NCBI GenBank assembly: GCA_024278215.1
Contig: JAJRTR010000007.1
Location: 1-37,612 of the forward strand
Direction of reading: 5' to 3'
Source: a bacterium
GTDB lineage: Bacteria > UBP15 > UBA6099 > JAJRTR01
DNA: 37,612 nucleotides
In this document: one piece after another, positions 9,872-19,436 of the stretch
Layout of the letters: each line of letters begins with the position of its first letter
How positions within the stretch are numbered: position 1 is the stretch's first letter
The notes under the pieces: model-generated
Seen by the model: the letters and a program-made list of their open reading frames with translations, nothing else
Told to the model about the DNA's origin: nothing
Databases searched by the model: none
Translations under genes and position numbers: made by a program

Positions 9872-11256
9872 CTTTTTGCCGGCAGGCTCACTATCCTTTC
9901 AGTTCTCATTCCGCGGCTGCCCTTCACGAGCACAAGATCGCCGGGTTTGAATAGTTTTTCCGCTTCCGCCTCGAGTTCCTCGAAGCTGTCGAACGACAAT
10001 ATATTTTCATTTTCAAGAGCATTCGCTTCCGTCGCGCCCTCCGCTATTGCACGTGCTTCCCGGCCCATCGTGACTAGCGCGTCCACATTGCCCGCGACAC
10101 ATTCCATGCCGATCGAGTAGTGCTCTTCACGGCTGTGATCTCCGAGTTCGAGCATATCCGCCAGCACGGCGACACGGCGGCCTTTGTGGTCGAGCCTTCC
10201 GAGCAGGTCGAGCGCGAACCTCAGCGAGGTGGGATTCGAGTTGTACGAATCGTCGAGCACTATTATTCCGTTCGAGTGCCGCATGATCCGCATCCTTCCC
10301 TTTTCGTCGATCGGTTTTGCGAGTCCGTCTTGTATTTCGTCGATTCCGAGTCCGAGTTCCAGTGCCGCCGCCGCGCCCGCGAGCGCGTTATAAACACCGG
10401 CTTTCCCCGGCACAGTCAGCCGCGCCTCGAAACTCACGCCGCCCGCTACGACCGTCAATTCAGTGCCGTCGAGCGTGTATCTCACATTGCGAGCCGTGAC
10501 ATCGCCAGCTTCCATACCGAAAGTTACGACCTCGGCATCGGTCATGTCTTTCAACATGCCGGTCCATTTGTTATCAGCGTTGAGAAACACTTTGCCGCCG
10601 GGCTGCATGTTCTCGATGAGTTCGCCTTTTGACAGCGCGATCTCTTTTTCGGAGCCGAGAGTACCGATGTGCGTCTTCCCGCAATTCGTGATAATGCCGT
10701 ACTGCGGCATTGCGATGGAAGCGAGGTCCGCGATCTCGCCGCGCGCCCGCATACCCATCTCGATCACAAGGTATTCTGTCGAGGCGTTGACCCGTAACGC
10801 CGTGTGCGACACGCCGATCTCGTTGTTTTCGTTTTCGCGTGTACTCACTGTATTGTATGAAGACAGCAGGTTGCGAATAAGATTTTTTAAAGTGGTTTTT
10901 CCTCCGCTTCCGGTAATACCGATACGCTTCGCGCCGGGGCAGTTCATAATATTTGTTCTCGCAATATTCATATATGCGCGGAGAGGATCATCGACTTTTA
11001 AGACAGTGAATCGAGGCGGCAGGTCGGGAAGCTGCCGCTCGGATTTTGCCCACAGAGCGCCGGAAGCGCCCTTTTCGGCGGCGGTGGTGATATAATCGTG
11101 GCCGTCGAAGTTGGGACCACTGAGCGGCACGAAAAACAGGTCGCGGCAGTCGAGCCTCGTATCGGTGACAAGCCCGGCCACCATTACGCTGTGCCCGCTC
11201 CTCAAGAGTCGACCGTCAACGGTTTCTGTGAATTTTTCCAGCAGCATCGGCTTCAA
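9868..11256 (-). CDS. murF: UDP-MurNAc-tripeptide:D-Ala-D-Ala ligase MurF
   Basis: GITGSGGKTT, NNEIGV, EMGM, DDSYNSNP, DMLELG, LVKGSRG. Start placed at TTG 11256, just after the murE stop (ATG 11247 is an alternative). Confidence 0.96.
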   Translation of the reverse strand: MKPMLLEKFTETVDGRLLRSGHSVMVAGLVTDTRLDCRDLFFVPLSGPNFDGHDYITTAAEKGASGALWAKSERQLPDLPPRFTVLKVDDPLRAYMNIARTNIMNCPGAKRIGITGSGGKTTLKNLIRNLLSSYNTVSTRENENNEIGVSHTALRVNASTEYLVIEMGMRARGEIADLASIAMPQYGIITNCGKTHIGTLGSEKEIALSKGELIENMQPGGKVFLNADNKWTGMLKDMTDAEVVTFGMEAGDVTARNVRYTLDGTELTVVAGGVSFEARLTVPGKAGVYNALAGAAAALELGLGIDEIQDGLAKPIDEKGRMRIMRHSNGIIVLDDSYNSNPTSLRFALDLLGRLDHKGRRVAVLADMLELGDHSREEHYSIGMECVAGNVDALVTMGREARAIAEGATEANALENENILSFDSFEELEAEAEKLFKPGDLVLVKGSRGMRTERIVSLPAKS

Positions 11257-11257
11257 A

Positions 11258-12757
11258 CTAATACCTTTCCATAAGCAGGTTTCGCACGACTTCCCGGTCG
11301 TCGAAGTGGATCGTGCGATCACGAAATATCTGGTAATCTTCGTGTCCCTTACCGGCGATTACCACTACGTCGCCGTCCCTTGCGACATCAATTGCTTTCT
11401 TTATACCGGCGAACCGCTCGACCTCGATGAAATGCTTGAAATGCTTCGACGGATCAATTTTCACCATCGCCTGTTCGACACCGAGCACGATCTGGTCGAT
11501 GATCTCGGCGGGGTCTTCGGACCTCGGGTTGTCAGACGTCACAATAACGATATCCGCCTCGTGCGCCGCGACAGAGCCCATGATCGGTCGCTTCGCCTTG
11601 TCGCGGTCGCCGCCCGCGCCGAACACTACTATCAGCCTGCCGCGGCATATCTCCCTTGCAGCCCTCAGTACATTCAGCAGTCCGTCCGGACTGTGGGCGT
11701 AGTCGACAATTACCGTAAAGTCCTGCCGCCCACCCGCCGTGATTTTTTCGAACCTGCCGGGCACTCCCGAAACTCCGGCCAGCGATGCCTGTATATGTTC
11801 TGTTCCGATTCCCCGCGAAATGCCATAAGCGATCATCGCCATTGAATTGTAAACATTGAACCCGCCCATGAGCGGCGACTCGATGTCGAAGCCGTCGCGC
11901 TCCGCGCTTTCAACACGGAACCTTATTCCCGTATCCGAACATTCGACCGCGACGGCCCTGACGTCCGCTTTTTCGTCATTCACTGCATATCCAATGATGC
12001 GCCCACCGCTGCCTTCGGCTATGTCGCGGCCCCGCGCGTCATCCGTGTTGACAATCGCCACCGATTTCTCGTCGAGATACTCCGTGAAGAAACTTTTTTT
12101 CTTCTGGTAGTACTCCTCGATGTCGTTGTGAAAATCCAGGTGATCCTGCGACAGGTTTGTGAAAACACCCGCGTCGAACTTTGTCCCGGCAATCCTGTGC
12201 AGCGCCACAGCATGAGAACTGACCTCCATCGCCGCGTGCGTGCAGTTGCTTTTCGTCATCATCCACAGAAAATACTGCAAGTCCAGCGATTCGGGTGTTG
12301 TGCGTTTAACCGAAAGTGCTTTGTCCGCAATCCTGTTCTCGATTGTGCCCAGCATTCCTGTAGCTATTCCCGCCTGCCTCAGCAGATTGTCTATCAGGAA
12401 AACTGTTGTTGTTTTTCCATTCGTTCCCGTCACGCCGATAACTTTCAATTTTTCCGAAGGCCTTCCGAAATATTCCGCCGAAATCAAGCCCATCGCCCTG
12501 CGTGGATTCTTAACCCTTATAACATTTATGTCCGCCGGTGCCTCAACTTTTTTATTCACCACAAGTGTTGTCGCGCCCCGTGTCAGCGCTTCGGGAATGT
12601 AGTCGTGCCCATCAACATTAAAGCCGGGAATGCAGAAGAACAGTGAGCCCGGCTCGCATTCCCTGGAATCGAAACTCACAGAGCTCACACCCGCATCCAG
12701 CGTGCCGCTGTCGAGCACGAACTCTATTCCCTTTGTGATCTCGTCGAGTTTCTTCAT
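11258..12757 (-). CDS. murE: MurE ligase; the DNPR motif points to meso-DAP specificity
   Basis: VTGTNGKTT, TTPES, MEVSSH, DHLDFH, VDYAHSPD, GGDRD, SDNPRSE, AGKGHE. Confidence 0.97.
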   Translation of the reverse strand: MKKLDEITKGIEFVLDSGTLDAGVSSVSFDSRECEPGSLFFCIPGFNVDGHDYIPEALTRGATTLVVNKKVEAPADINVIRVKNPRRAMGLISAEYFGRPSEKLKVIGVTGTNGKTTTVFLIDNLLRQAGIATGMLGTIENRIADKALSVKRTTPESLDLQYFLWMMTKSNCTHAAMEVSSHAVALHRIAGTKFDAGVFTNLSQDHLDFHNDIEEYYQKKKSFFTEYLDEKSVAIVNTDDARGRDIAEGSGGRIIGYAVNDEKADVRAVAVECSDTGIRFRVESAERDGFDIESPLMGGFNVYNSMAMIAYGISRGIGTEHIQASLAGVSGVPGRFEKITAGGRQDFTVIVDYAHSPDGLLNVLRAAREICRGRLIVVFGAGGDRDKAKRPIMGSVAAHEADIVIVTSDNPRSEDPAEIIDQIVLGVEQAMVKIDPSKHFKHFIEVERFAGIKKAIDVARDGDVVVIAGKGHEDYQIFRDRTIHFDDREVVRNLLMERY

Positions 12758-12811
12758 GTCTTTTATCCCAAGTTGATATGCCTGCGCCCGCCCGCGTGCA
12801 GAACGCTCTTG

Positions 12812-14548
12812 CTAATAAGCAACTACTCCGTTTTTTGTATTCGCGGACGGCGGCACATTCATTACCCAGAGGGACTTCTCCATAATTTCTTTAAAAACCG
12901 GCGCTGCAACTTCCGATGCGTAATACTGATTCTTCGGCCTGTCGATAAGAACCATGACAAGCACCTTTGGATTCTCCGCCGGGGCCATCCCAATGAAACT
13001 GGCACGGTATGCCTCCACGTAGCCGCTGCTGCCGAGTATCTTCGCAGTTCCCGTCTTCCCGGCGACGTTATAGCCGCTTATCTGCGCATTGACTCCGGTT
13101 CCTTCTTCGACTGTTTTGTTGAGGATGTACCTCATGATCTTCGCGGTCTCCGGCTTCAGCACACGCCGTATCCGGTGCGGCTCGAACTGAAAAACCGCCC
13201 TGTTTTTGCTGTCGACAACCCGCTCGATAATGCCCGGCTGCATCAATACCCCATCGTTCGCAATCGCTTCATACGCCATCGCCATCTGAAGGGATGTAGC
13301 GCTGAGCCCATAGCCGTAGCCGACTGTCGCAACTGTAACGTCACGCCAATGCTTCTGCCTCGGCATCAGCCCTCTTTCTTCGCCGTTTAATTCAAGATCA
13401 TATTTTTTCCCGAAGTTGAACTTATCGAGATAACGCCTTAGCCTCTTCTCTCCGAGTTTCATTGCGATGCGGGCGCTGCCCGTGTTATATGAGTGTGTGA
13501 CTATTTCCGTTACCGATTTCATAGCGGGCATATCCTTCGTCGTGTGCTCGTGGATTTTTCTGCCGTTGACTGTAAAATACTTTTCGCATCGGAACTTATC
13601 TTTGAAAGGATCAACAACACCCGCGTCTATGGCGGATGCGACAACAATAGGTTTCATCGTCGAGCCGGGTTCATTAACTATTGATATCGGTCGGTTCCTG
13701 AAACTCCTCTGGCTGTATTCGCTGAAATGATTCGGATCATACGACGGATAACTCGCCATCGCCAGAATTTTGCCGGTGTCGACTTCAATTACCAGCGCAT
13801 TGCCCGATTCCGCATCCGCGCTCTTTACACCATTCTCCAGCGCCGTTTCCGTATGATGCTGTATCACCTGATCGATCGTGAGCACAACATCCATCCCGAT
13901 ACGCGGCTCCTCACGCTCCATCGTGGAAAACGGCACATTGCGCCCACGCGCGTCTTTCTCGAGTAGGATGTAACCGCGTTCGCCCTTCAGGTAGTCTTCA
14001 CAAACGAATTCGATGCCTTCCATGCCCCTGTCAGAGCCCAGGAAACCAACTACCCCGGCTCCGAGTTTGCCTTTGGGGTACACTCTCTTTGTTTCCTTTA
14101 TAAAACCGATGCCCTGCATATTTATCTCGCGTATCCTGTTCACCGTATCCAGGTCCGCGCCCCGCTTGATCCAGATAACACCATTTTTCGGTTTCTGCGA
14201 GAGGACATCGGAGATGCTGCTCCGGGGTATTCTCATCGCGGCGGCAATTTTCTTCGTATAGTCGTCACGGTTTTCAGCAGTCACGACCGAGGGTGTAATA
14301 TAAATTGAAATACGGGGTTCGTTCATCGCGAAAACACGCTTGCCCGTACGGTCGAGTATGCGACCGCGCCAGCCCTGCAACTCGATCCTTCGCAACCCCT
14401 GCCGCGCACGCCGCGCGCGAAGCTCCGCTCCGCTCACCTGCTGGACTACTACCGTATGTACGATTACAACCACAAATAAACCGACGAGGGTGCAGAGTAA
14501 TATGTGAATTCTTTTACGTGTAACAGGAGGCAGGGACATTGCCTTCAC
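12812..14548 (-). CDS. ftsI: Class B penicillin-binding protein (FtsI/PBP2B-like)
   Basis: N-terminal TM, RGRILDR, R.YP.G, G..GIE, EPGSTMK (SxxK), SYN (SxN), KTGT; dcw position. Confidence 0.93.
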   Translation of the reverse strand: MKAMSLPPVTRKRIHILLCTLVGLFVVVIVHTVVVQQVSGAELRARRARQGLRRIELQGWRGRILDRTGKRVFAMNEPRISIYITPSVVTAENRDDYTKKIAAAMRIPRSSISDVLSQKPKNGVIWIKRGADLDTVNRIREINMQGIGFIKETKRVYPKGKLGAGVVGFLGSDRGMEGIEFVCEDYLKGERGYILLEKDARGRNVPFSTMEREEPRIGMDVVLTIDQVIQHHTETALENGVKSADAESGNALVIEVDTGKILAMASYPSYDPNHFSEYSQRSFRNRPISIVNEPGSTMKPIVVASAIDAGVVDPFKDKFRCEKYFTVNGRKIHEHTTKDMPAMKSVTEIVTHSYNTGSARIAMKLGEKRLRRYLDKFNFGKKYDLELNGEERGLMPRQKHWRDVTVATVGYGYGLSATSLQMAMAYEAIANDGVLMQPGIIERVVDSKNRAVFQFEPHRIRRVLKPETAKIMRYILNKTVEEGTGVNAQISGYNVAGKTGTAKILGSSGYVEAYRASFIGMAPAENPKVLVMVLIDRPKNQYYASEVAAPVFKEIMEKSLWVMNVPPSANTKNGVVAY

Positions 14549-14597
14549 CTTATAATGTATTTGCTTTTCAGCGAAGGGCGCCCCGTAGTCGACCTAA

Positions 14598-14999
14598 TCA
14601 ATACGGCCCGGGCGCCGCTCTCTCTCCCCGTGCGACGCTTCCGCTCGCGCCGCCAAGGTCAATATGCACAGAGCGTTCCGGCATCCTGTAGTTGTAGCCG
14701 GCTTTGCTCAGCATTTTTTCGATTCGCTCGTAACTTTTCATTTCTGCGACCTCGACTTCCAGTACCTGGATTTGTTCATCCAGTCTCATAGTCGCCTTAT
14801 TTATATCGTCGGACTCGATAAACTTGCGGTCAATTTCGCCTTTCACCCATACGCTGTATAAACTCAGAAATGTCACCACCGCCGTGATGGCCAGTATCCG
14901 GCCTGCCAACAATGCCGCAGCCCTGAAACCCGCATCCCCGTTTTTTTTGTCCCGGGCCGGTGTGTAAATATCGAAATTTCCCCTGTGTCTGTTAGTCAT
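14598..14999 (-). CDS. ftsL: FtsL-like cell division protein
   Basis: Single TM followed by a coiled coil (LDEQIQVLEVEVAEMKSYERIEK); lies between rsmH and ftsI. Confidence 0.7.
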   Translation of the reverse strand: MTNRHRGNFDIYTPARDKKNGDAGFRAAALLAGRILAITAVVTFLSLYSVWVKGEIDRKFIESDDINKATMRLDEQIQVLEVEVAEMKSYERIEKMLSKAGYNYRMPERSVHIDLGGASGSVARGERAAPGPY

Positions 15000-15005
15000 G
15001 TTTCT

Positions 15006-15974
15006 TCATAACCTCTCGACCGATCTTAGTTGCGCGCTGCGTGCGCGCGGGTTTTCGTATATCTCTTCTTCCGACGGTTTTACAGATTTGCGGTTCACCC
15101 ATTTCACGAGCGGTTCACCGCTGCACATACATTCATCATGTGGAAGCTCACAACTGCATCCTCTCGCGGCGCGTGTAAATATGTCCTTCGTTATCCGCGC
15201 CTCAAGTGAGTGATAGGTCAGCACCACGATCCGGCCACCGCGCTTAAGTCTCCCGATTGCCGCGGGCAGCGACTCCGCCAGAGACTCCAGTTCCCTGTTG
15301 ACCCTCGATCTCAGAGCCAGAAAACACCTCGTCGCCGGATGCACCCTGCTCCTGCCCCGCTTCGACACCGATGCGATCACTTTCGACAGACGCCCCGTAG
15401 TCTCGATGGGAGACAACTCACGCTCCTCCACGATCTTCCTGGCGATCCGCCTCGCTCGCCGCTCGCCGAACCTGAAGAAAAGATTCAACAATTCCGCCTC
15501 GCTCGCCGCTGCAATGATGTCCGCCGCCGTCTCCGTGGATTCCGTTCCGTCATATCTCATATCCAGCGGATCGTCTCTCATAAAACTCAAGCCCATTTTC
15601 GCATCATCCAACTGGATGGAACTCAAGCCCAGGTCATACAACACACCATCCGCGGGCGGCAACTGAAGTTCGTCCCACACACGACCGAAATCCTTGAAAT
15701 CTGCATGAACAGCCTCGAAACGCGGAAACCACTCCAGCCGCTTTCTCACTATCTCCAGCGACCTCGCGTACCGGTCGAATCCGATCAGCCTGCCGCTTCC
15801 TTCAGCGAGCTTCCCTGCTATAAGTTGTGAGTGTCCACCACCTCCAAGTGTGCAATCCGCATATACGCCATCGGCTTTTATATCCAGCGCCGCCAGCGTC
15901 TCGCGCGGCAGAACCGGAATATGTTTATCTTCATCCTCCGTCATCATCGACTCTTTCTTCGCAACCCGGTTCAT
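15006..15974 (-). CDS. rsmH: 16S rRNA m4C1402 methyltransferase RsmH (MraW)
   Basis: HIPVL, DCTLGGGGHS, DLGLSSIQLD, PLDMR, HPATR, YHSLE, NPRARSA.LR. Confidence 0.97.
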   Translation of the reverse strand: MNRVAKKESMMTEDEDKHIPVLPRETLAALDIKADGVYADCTLGGGGHSQLIAGKLAEGSGRLIGFDRYARSLEIVRKRLEWFPRFEAVHADFKDFGRVWDELQLPPADGVLYDLGLSSIQLDDAKMGLSFMRDDPLDMRYDGTESTETAADIIAAASEAELLNLFFRFGERRARRIARKIVEERELSPIETTGRLSKVIASVSKRGRSRVHPATRCFLALRSRVNRELESLAESLPAAIGRLKRGGRIVVLTYHSLEARITKDIFTRAARGCSCELPHDECMCSGEPLVKWVNRKSVKPSEEEIYENPRARSAQLRSVERL

Positions 15975-16519
15975 ACACCGAGTTCGTCCATGGCATCCTC
16001 GACCGCCGCATCATAATCTGTCTGGGATTCATACATCTCGAATGTCGCTTTCGCCCAGATCGTTATTTTGTGCCCTACTCCGGTGACCACAAGTTCGCCA
16101 CTCTTCTCGGTGTCGATTCCCGCAAATTCGCGTAGATTCCTATTCAGCAGTATCCTGCCCGACTTGTCGATCTCGCAATCCTGCGCATAGCCCAGAAGCT
16201 GCTGCCGTACCATGTCCACCTTCCGCGAATTCCTCATGCTGTTGATTTTCCTGATAAGCTTTCTCCACTCACTTACAGGAAACGCCCAGAGATGCCGGAA
16301 TTCCTTCTTGCCTACACCCCGTGTGACCACAACCCGCTTTCCCTCGCTACCCAGTTGCTCCTTCAACTGCCTGGGAAAACTGAATCTTCCCTTCGCGTCG
16401 ATCTTCGGGTAAGCATCTCCGTAAAGATACACAGATTCTTCGGAAGCGCTCAAAGGTCCGACAGGGACCTTATTGTCTTCCGGGTTGACCGGATTGTTGT
16501 TATCATCCATACTATTCAC
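15971..16519 (-). CDS. mraZ: dcw cluster transcriptional regulator MraZ, with an N-terminal extension
   Basis: Two DxxGR repeats (IDAKGRF, IDKSGRIL); first gene of the dcw cluster. Confidence 0.93.
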   Translation of the reverse strand: MNSMDDNNNPVNPEDNKVPVGPLSASEESVYLYGDAYPKIDAKGRFSFPRQLKEQLGSEGKRVVVTRGVGKKEFRHLWAFPVSEWRKLIRKINSMRNSRKVDMVRQQLLGYAQDCEIDKSGRILLNRNLREFAGIDTEKSGELVVTGVGHKITIWAKATFEMYESQTDYDAAVEDAMDELGV

Positions 16520-16626
16520 GGGTCTTAAGAATTTTGTGCAACAAAACGGTTGTAAAAACCGACATTATTTAAAGCGGAGGAAGAAATAGATGAGTTTTGT
16601 AAAAGCCCCTGAAGATTTCATCGCCG

Positions 16627-16666
16627 CCATCCCACTTTATGGTTTTTTATGCCGCTTGTTACCATT
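16627..16666 (-). promoter_or_regulatory. Possible degenerate MraZ operator (10-bp periodic repeats)
   Basis: The minus strand reads AAATGGTAAC AAGCGGCATA AAAAACCATA AAGTGGGATG, just downstream of the putative promoter. MraZ is known to bind GTGG-type direct repeats with a 10-bp period. Only one perfect GTGGG is present. Confidence 0.35.
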
Positions 16667-16675
16667 TGATGCCTT

Positions 16676-16706
16676 ATCTTGACACGTTATATATAACCCT
16701 GTCAAG
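16676..16706 (-). promoter_or_regulatory. Putative sigma70 promoter for the dcw cluster, embedded in a palindrome
   Basis: Minus strand TTGACA-18 nt-CAAGAT with an extended -10 TG. The region is the near-perfect palindrome CTTGACA-C-GTTATATATAAC-CC-TGTCAAG. Confidence 0.45.
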
Positions 16707-16868
16707 GGGGAGTTAAACTTTTTTGATGATTTTTTTTCTTCGATAATAATCGATAAATGGAGTAAATCAACGATTTCGATAGCTGCTAAATTACGATTTG
16801 ATATAGTTAACCATATCTAACCAATTACAATGAACGCGCCGGATTTTAAGGTTTCAATAATCCGCAAA

Positions 16869-16916
16869 ATACCATATATCGAGTTGCAACACTATTACAG
16901 CCACTATATATTGTGG
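16869..16916. promoter_or_regulatory. Tandem NrdR-box-like sites
   Basis: ATACCATATATCGAGT (16869-16884) and CCACTATATATTGTGG (16901-16916), 32 bp apart; they match the acaCwAtATaTwGtgt consensus and the usual tandem spacing. Confidence 0.5.
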
Positions 16917-17260
16917 CGTCATTCGTCTTCCAAATTTCGCGCAGAAGTCTATTCAAAACAGAATAATCTGCATTTTTCGTCTCAACTCGGGTAATTAAAA
17001 TTAATAAATTATTTTTTTCAGGTATAACAGCATTTTTTATTTTTTTGCATTTTGTAAAGGTGTGGGGGAACTCATCGGCATAATAATTGGGTTGTGTTCC
17101 CACTTCCGTTTTTGTATATTACTAATCTGAGTTTCTGAATTTTGGTCAGAATTTCACGAACATGACCGGAATTCCGCCGTTGAATTCCTGATAGTGTCTG
17201 CGGATAATCAGTGCTTTCTGCGAAAACACACAAGTTTTGGATATTTGAGATTGCACTTTT

Positions 17261-17289
17261 TTGTAAAACAATCAGGTTCCGTTTATAAT
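17261..17289 (+). promoter_or_regulatory. Putative sigma70 promoter for the cupin gene
   Basis: TTGTAA-17 nt-TATAAT, 42 nt upstream of ATG 17332. Confidence 0.5.
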
Positions 17290-17331
17290 ACCCGCATTGC
17301 AAAACGCCCAACACTATAATCGGGAGCAGAA

Positions 17332-18441
17332 ATGGTTAACGATGCAAACAGCGACATTGAAAGCATGATTCAAAAATGTATTAATAATGAAATGGATGTA
17401 AAGCAGGTCGCATCAATTGTGGAATCCGGCATGCGCTCGCTTCCGGCTATAGCAAAGTTGATCACACAGGATATGTCGATACGGAAGATAGAAGCAGTCG
17501 AGTCGGTACTCAAGGCTGTTCTGCTGGAACTTTTCAACAAAGGTTTAAGCGGGTCCGAAGCCCGCGAACTTGCGGAATTCCAGAAAAGAATCGGTTTTGT
17601 GATGAAATACAAGTCCTATACGATAAAAGCCGCCAATCCGCTGGGATATTCGATTTTTCTACAGAATGCACGTGAAGGTTTCAGTTTTCAGAGGCACATC
17701 ACGCATAAAACAGAGGTTTTTCATATACTTGAGCCGCTGCCCGGCGGTTTTGTTTTTCTGTGCGAATATGACGAATGGACAGATTGCTACGAAAAAGATG
17801 CTTTCGACAACTGGCTCGGTGGGAATCCGGACGCCCGTTTCGACCGCTTCCGTTTCGACGCGAAACCCGGCGACGTGTTCGTTATTGATAAATTAAATGT
17901 TGTCCATACTGTCGTCGGGTGCGTACTCGAAGAATTCGCCACTGTCTCCACCGACATGGTCGACAGACTCCACGACCAGAACGCGGGGAAGGGAATCCCT
18001 GAAAGATTCTGCCGTAAATTCGCGACGAAGAAACTTATGGAGACTAATCCGCCCGTTTCCAACAGGCTCGTGGACATCGCCGGGGGCAAACATATTATTA
18101 AGAAACTTGAAGCGGTAGGAATCAAAGGCGGGAAGAGAACATCCGTCGACTGCGCAGCGATAAAACTTACTTGGTATACCGTCGACGCAGAACAAAGTAC
18201 GGATACATTTGAAACCGGTGGCGACGCCCTGTCTCTTTATGTTACCAGTGGCAACGGCCGTGTGCTTATCGGCGACAGAAACGAATCAGCGAATCCGGAC
18301 ATTTCATCCGTTTCCGCGCAAAAAGGAGACCTGCTCATGGTCGCACCGGGAATGCACTATCAATTAATTAATGATGGCCCGGAACCATTCAGAATCTCCG
18401 AACACAGGCTCCCGTACGAAATCGCTCTGATTGTGGAATAA
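17332..18441 (+). CDS. Two-cupin-domain protein; the first cupin resembles the type II mannose-6-phosphate isomerase cupin
   Basis: FSFQRHITHKTEVFHIL and KPGDVFVIDKLNVVH...DMVDRLHDQN resemble the SLQxHxxxxE / PGD...H...DxVRLxDxY motifs. Second cupin: LYVTSGNG...KGDLLMVAPGMHYQLINDGPEP. Confidence 0.65.
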   Translation: MVNDANSDIESMIQKCINNEMDVKQVASIVESGMRSLPAIAKLITQDMSIRKIEAVESVLKAVLLELFNKGLSGSEARELAEFQKRIGFVMKYKSYTIKAANPLGYSIFLQNAREGFSFQRHITHKTEVFHILEPLPGGFVFLCEYDEWTDCYEKDAFDNWLGGNPDARFDRFRFDAKPGDVFVIDKLNVVHTVVGCVLEEFATVSTDMVDRLHDQNAGKGIPERFCRKFATKKLMETNPPVSNRLVDIAGGKHIIKKLEAVGIKGGKRTSVDCAAIKLTWYTVDAEQSTDTFETGGDALSLYVTSGNGRVLIGDRNESANPDISSVSAQKGDLLMVAPGMHYQLINDGPEPFRISEHRLPYEIALIVE

Positions 18442-18471
18442 GAATTCTGTAGCGCCGCTTGCAAAAGCGGC

Positions 18472-19302
18472 TCAGTAGATAATAAACCCGAAAACAAGAG
18501 CCCAGGCAGCCACGATGCCGAGCAGCAATATGTCGGAAAGAACAGTTTCCAGGTGTTCGCGCCTTACATCCGCGCGGGCGACGACTATCGAGTACCTCCA
18601 GACAGCCGCAAGCACGAAAAGCGCTGTCACCCACATATAATCAGTGTTATATTTTTCATGCCCGACCCCTGAAAAACAATATGCCAGATAGCCGACGCCG
18701 GTCAGCGCCCCCGCGCACCAGAATGAGTACCTCAACATGGAAACACCGGATTTGTCGCTGTCGCCGGTGATGTGGAATATCTTTTTGCCGAGTACAACAT
18801 AAAGAGATAGGAAAAAAGCTACCGGGTATACCCACGGCGACACGGGCGCGTCGATGGCGACTGCGCCCGCGAAAACGCGCAGCATCATTCCCATGGAAAT
18901 AATCACCGCGCCTGCGAACGCGTATCTTTTAAGTGTAAATGTGTATATATACATTAGAACAGTATAGGTAAGGATAATCGACTGGAATGAGGTACCGAGA
19001 TATAGCGCGACCGCTGCCGCGCCGACGGCAGCGAACCCCGCCATAACGGTCATGCTCGATATGCTTATGGCCCCGGCGGCGAAAGGGCGGCGGCTCCGGG
19101 CGGCGTCCAGGCGGTCATGTTCGGCATCGTGCAGGTCGTTAACTATGTATATATGGCTCGCTATGAGGCAGAACCCCGCGAAAGCAACCATTTCCCGCAA
19201 CAGCAACGCTCGCGTAAATAGACCGCCGGAGAAAAACACCGGCGCAAGCACCAGTAGGTTCTTCAGCCAGTGCATGGGTCTCAGTGCGCGGATATGGTTC
19301 AC
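18472..19302 (-). CDS. UbiA-family prenyltransferase (decaprenyl-phosphate phosphoribosyltransferase-like)
   Basis: RPMHWLKN, YIVNDLHDAEHDR...RRPFAAG, RVFAGAVAI..PVSPW; multiple TM helices. Confidence 0.85.
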   Translation of the reverse strand: MNHIRALRPMHWLKNLLVLAPVFFSGGLFTRALLLREMVAFAGFCLIASHIYIVNDLHDAEHDRLDAARSRRPFAAGAISISSMTVMAGFAAVGAAAVALYLGTSFQSIILTYTVLMYIYTFTLKRYAFAGAVIISMGMMLRVFAGAVAIDAPVSPWVYPVAFFLSLYVVLGKKIFHITGDSDKSGVSMLRYSFWCAGALTGVGYLAYCFSGVGHEKYNTDYMWVTALFVLAAVWRYSIVVARADVRREHLETVLSDILLLGIVAAWALVFGFIIY

Positions 19303-19436
19303 TATAGCTTTTTCCCTGGAAAATCTGCTTGCTTAACACGAATACATAGAAAAAGTCCTTGTGGGGGCACAATGAATATGTTTATGTTTCAACACCCACG
19401 AGCAACTTGCAATATATGACAATCCATTTTTCTGAA

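Noticed and set aside
16846-17314. Small minus-strand ORFs in the mraZ upstream spacer
   Set aside because: AT-rich, no recognisable motifs or convincing RBS, and they overlap predicted regulatory sites.
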